Assembly (NCBI GenBank): GCA_030141605.1
Contig: JAQGDQ010000292.1
Coordinates: 230,263 to 294,262, forward strand
Source of the DNA: Tubiluchus corallicola
Taxonomy: Eukaryota; Animalia; Priapulida
Length of the DNA stretch: 64,000 bases
Reading direction: 5' to 3'
Shown here: positions 60,701 to 64,000 of the stretch, piece after piece
Position numbering within the stretch: the first letter of the stretch is position 1
How the letters are laid out: every line of letters begins with the position of its first letter
Notes under the pieces: model-generated
The model's database searches: none
Told to the model about the DNA's origin: nothing
Seen by the model: the letters and a program-made list of their open reading frames with translations, nothing else
Program-made: the position numbers and the translations under genes

Positions 60701-61560
60701 AAGGGTCCATTGTTACCTAGTTTGATTCCAGTATGATTCTGTTACAGTATCAAACAGATAACTGTCTATAAGGAAATTAAGCACTAAGGTGATTGAGCCA
60801 TTCTATTGCTGTACTGGTTGGTGGAATTAAGTTAATTAAGTCATATATCAATACAGTTTGAAACTACGCAAGCTGGAACCCAGCATATAAAGGAAAGAAC
60901 AACTTAATATAGACAGCTGTGATTTAATCTGCTCATTATCAAGATTAATCTCATAAAATGAGGCTATGAAATAGGAGAGGCAGCTTAGCTATGTTCCTCA
61001 ATGCATTCTCCCTCAACGAGATAAACAACCAGAATTTGAATGGTTGATGAAGCTGCCTAAAGAAAGCACTGAACCCAGAGGTTACCGTTACCCATCCATT
61101 GACTTACCAGCCTCGGCATTGCTTAAGTTCGGTTGCTAGGTATAGCAAGTTGAACAAAATGAAATAAAATTAAATCAAATCAACAACAAGATCATATCAA
61201 AAACATATAACATACAGACTAGTCTACTAAATTTCACCTTTATTTCTTTCATTTCTATCTCATTAGCTTTTTCTGTCAGTTTATCTTTTCGTCTTCTTTT
61301 CTTTCTATGTTCTGATGGCTGTTTCTCAACAGATGCTTGCAACTCGTTGACATTCACAGCCTCCTCTTGACTAAATACAAAATATTGAAAATAAAACAGG
61401 GCAATTAAACACTTGAAAAATTAAAATTAAACAGTAAACACACTCTACAAACGAAAAACTACGTGTATATGTATATAATGTGTATATATGTATGGTTATA
61501 AACATATGTGTGCTTGCATAGCATATGTGCACTAGCGTAGCTTACTTAGCAGTTCAGTAG

Positions 61561-61614
<54 letters not shown>

Positions 61615-61856
61615 TATACATATATATACTACTGTACTGCTAAGTATATGTTTTAGCAGGTATTTTAGCAGGAATATGATTTTAGATCACTCGCCATTAT
61701 TATATGGTAGAAGAAAAAGGCATAAATGCAACAAACTATGGAATGAGAGGCGAGTAATCGCGTGATAGTGACAAGAGGTAAATAAATTTGACAGTCTTCC
61801 TTTTTTGACAATTTATTATGAAGTTTGATCAAGATACTCACCTAGACTGCGACAAG
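45746..61856 (-). CDS. AHI1: Jouberin/AHI1 (C2-like domain, WD40 repeats, SH3); 5' end truncated at the inverted duplication, last exon(s) unresolved
   Basis: Exons: (61856-61842 remnant), 61370-61238, 60155-60074, 59376-59169, 58928-58833, 58429-58336, 58202-58107, 57537-57439, 57026-56833, 55903-55772, 55411-55357, 54832-54717, 53713-53542, 53064-52917, 52772-52625, 52475-52342, 50678-50538, 50256-50111, 49700-49616, 48844-48756, 48619-48508, 47027-46939, 46575-46413, 46153-46098, 45836-45746. Motifs [76 protein letters not shown], and SH3 [17 protein letters not shown]...GFFPSNY. Confidence 0.95.
51568..52156. mobile_element. Non-autonomous hAT-type MITE with perfect 8-bp TSD in an AHI1 intron
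   Basis: TIRs aaaggctgagatggtt / aaccatctcagcccta; TSD atccttga at 51560-51567 and 52157-52164. Confidence 0.85.
54380..54783 (-). repeat. Five-copy 80-83 bp tandem repeat of an AHI1 WD40 exon 3' end plus splice donor
   Basis: Unit ...TCAGATGGTACTGCTAG|GTAAGAACAG; donors at 54716, 54633, 54550, 54470 and 54388. Confidence 0.95.
57937..58140 (-). repeat. Two-copy 102 bp tandem repeat of an AHI1 exon 3' end plus splice donor
   Basis: GGTTGGCATCG.ATAGCATGGGCCTTTCTGAAG|GTATTTTTAAA occurs twice; donors at 58106 and 58004. Confidence 0.95.
61056..61135 (-). pseudogene. 5S rRNA-derived sequence (pseudogene or SINE3 head)
   Basis: Reverse complement ACCGAACTTAAGCAATGCCGAGGCTGGTAAGTCAATGGATGGGTAAC resembles the 5S internal control region (box A ..GAAGTTAAGC.., box C TGGATGGG). 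The 5' third of 5S is missing. Confidence 0.6.
61543..61646. repeat. About 100 bp palindrome with (TA)n centre
   Basis: tacttagcagttcagtag-(ta)n-ctactgtactgctaagta. Confidence 0.85.
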
Positions 61857-64000
61857 AGAGTTTAAAGTGTCTACAGAAAAAAGAAAAAAGAAAGGCAAAC
61901 ATGGTAAGTGTAGACAAGAGAGAGATATGTGCTCAGATTTTCAGCAAAAAATTTTTGTCAGTTTTATTATATGAAAAATCTTGAAATCATAAAATTAAAA
62001 GCACTCTTTTTTTGAATATTTTTTCTTTTAACATATTAACACACTTCAAAACCATAGAGCTTAAGTAAATGAAAACTGGTTATCTGTATGGATTGGATAA
62101 AAGAAAAATGCCATTTAATGTGAACCAGTAATTTCGTATCATAAGTATTGCTATAATGTATCATAAGCACCGCTTTTTACATCATGCTTAATTTTTACAG
62201 TCTACTCTGCTATTTTTATATAAAAATTATTTGAGATGTATTTTCAACTTAACAGCATGCACTAGTTGTCTTTTATGGGTCCCATCTTGGGATGTGTTAT
62301 CAGAATATGTAAAATAATATATCTGCACCAAACTTGAAGCAATTTATGTCACAGATGCTTAATTTAATAGTGTGCACTGTAAAAGCTTATAATCAATGTG
62401 GAGTGCTGAATTTGTAATGATTCTCTTGTTTTTTGCGGCATTTTAAGAAGTTCGACACTATTTTGCAGGATAGTTATTAGCATTTACAGTTTAAAAACAA
62501 TTTCTGAGTTGACTAATGTGCAATTCGTTTAGAATTTTTGCGTATTTTATGTGACACTGTTTACGGAATTGAATTTACTTATTTTCTATTCACATTACAG
62601 TAAGACTTGCAACTGACGTTGAAGAAACCATTCTGCATGATGATGCCAAGGAACCAGAACTTGCTAAGTTTGCCGATGATGGCCGTGTTTTAGGCATCAC
62701 CATACATAAAACTGATAGGTTACAGACAGATTTACATGTGCTTCATCCTCTAGTCAAAGTCCATATGGTAGATGCTGCAACAGGACAATATGTACAAAAA
62801 CTAAACAAGTAATTTGCCATTTTCTTTACTTTTGTAGTTTGGTTTGATATTGTGTCGTGTATATCTTGAAGCCTCGGTTTTTGCTTTACCGTTGGTTGTT
62901 TATTTGTTATTTTTATATGTTATGAACTATAAAACTTTGTCTGTTGACAAAGCCTTTTACTAGTTAATCTGCCAAAGTAAATTTACAACACTGGCAGCCT
63001 ATCATGAGTGAACGGTTAAAAGTTTTTTCATATAATATTTTTACACAGAGACCGTTCAGTCACCACATACTATGAAACTGCAAATAAAGTTGTCAACTTT
63101 GTGCTTCCAGTAGCAACACAACCATTTGACTTCAAGAAAAGGCGGTAAGTATCAGATTAAACCAAAAGATTAATTAGCTTGTTATGTTACATATTTTACT
63201 CTCGAAAGGAAAATTATTATTTTCTTTGTTGAAATACATACATAAAATGGATGCAAGACCACAGTGTGGCAGTTTTTCTTTTTTTATTTTATGGTTCAGC
63301 GTGGTGATATTGTAGTTGGCTGTACATGACTTTTTATCGTGTATTGGTACCTTTCCTTTTTCGTAGAAGAATTATAACCAGAATGTCTAATTTAAGTTTT
63401 TAAAATTAAGACACGGCTTCTGATTTAGTACTTTTTGTGAATGAAAATAATTGTTGAAAATAGTTCTTTATGTTTCTTCATTAAAAATGTAATCATATTT
63501 TAACAAATTTCGTGTTTCTGGGTTTATGTGCTGTGTGTTTCTTCCAGGTCAATGAATCCAGTCTGGGAAGAATCATTGATTTTTAATGAGAATTTCAACT
63601 ACTTTGTTGATTCATCATCGAACGTACTTTTGCTTTTTGAGGTAACTTGCATTTTATATTAAAATAATAACCTAGATTGAGCAGAATTTATTGATGAAAC
63701 TTGCGTTTTATTCAGTTCACATTTTTGTAGAATTATATCTTGTTACTACAATTTATTTTTTGTCATTATTATAGTTATTAGATTTTGGTAGTATGACAGC
63801 TGCAAAACAACAATACAACAATATGAAACGGGAGTCTGGTTGGCATCGAATAGCATGGGCCTTTCTGAAGGTATTTTTAAAAGGCAATACAAACTATCTG
63901 CCTATTTGTAACAAAAATGGCTTTTTTATGATAGGGTTTGGTTGGCATCGGATAGCATGGGCCTTTCTGAAGGTATTTTTAAACGGCAATACAAACTATC
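61857..64000 (+). other. AHI1: Inverted duplication of AHI1 segment 57977-60120 (partial gene copy, continues beyond the window)
   Basis: Position x pairs with 121977-x at both ends, so there is no net indel. It contains plus-strand copies of five exons and their introns. The only difference I spotted is 62765 A versus 59212 (GTG Val to ATG Met). Confidence 0.95.

Noticed and set aside
61844-61903. Plus-strand AG at 61844-61845 that would give the inverted AHI1 copy an in-frame new exon start (TATREFKVS)
   Set aside because: No polypyrimidine tract and no upstream plus-strand exon found; the same bases are better explained as the minus-strand exon end and GTGAGT donor.

Overview
AT-rich, intron-dense eukaryotic (invertebrate-like animal) genomic DNA; no prokaryotic operons or CRISPR arrays. 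Five protein-coding genes could be assembled by hand from splice signals and protein motifs. They are: an intronless COP9 signalosome subunit 7 (7695-8504, -); a 12-13 exon ankyrin-repeat protein with a long low-complexity, possibly espin/forked-like tail (14915-24163, -); two tandem 9-exon SLC5A7/CHT1-like sodium:solute symporters (26621-32540 and 34686-42359, +); and AHI1/Jouberin (C2-like, WD40, SH3; about 45746-61856, -). The 5' end of AHI1 is cut by a near-perfect inverted duplication (61857-64000 = reverse complement of 57977-60120), which may be a real fold-back or an amplification/assembly chimera. Other notable points are two tandem duplications of 'exon end + splice donor' in AHI1 (one in-frame, one stop-containing), erosion of the choline-binding aromatic residues in the CHT1 paralogues, and a GC-AG intron. 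Repeats include hAT MITEs with 8-bp TSDs (one nested), an RT-deleted LINE, 5S- and tRNA-derived remnants, hairpin elements and microsatellites. All alignments were made by eye and reference sequences are recalled from memory. I found no convincing wholly new biological system; the best leads are listed in findings.
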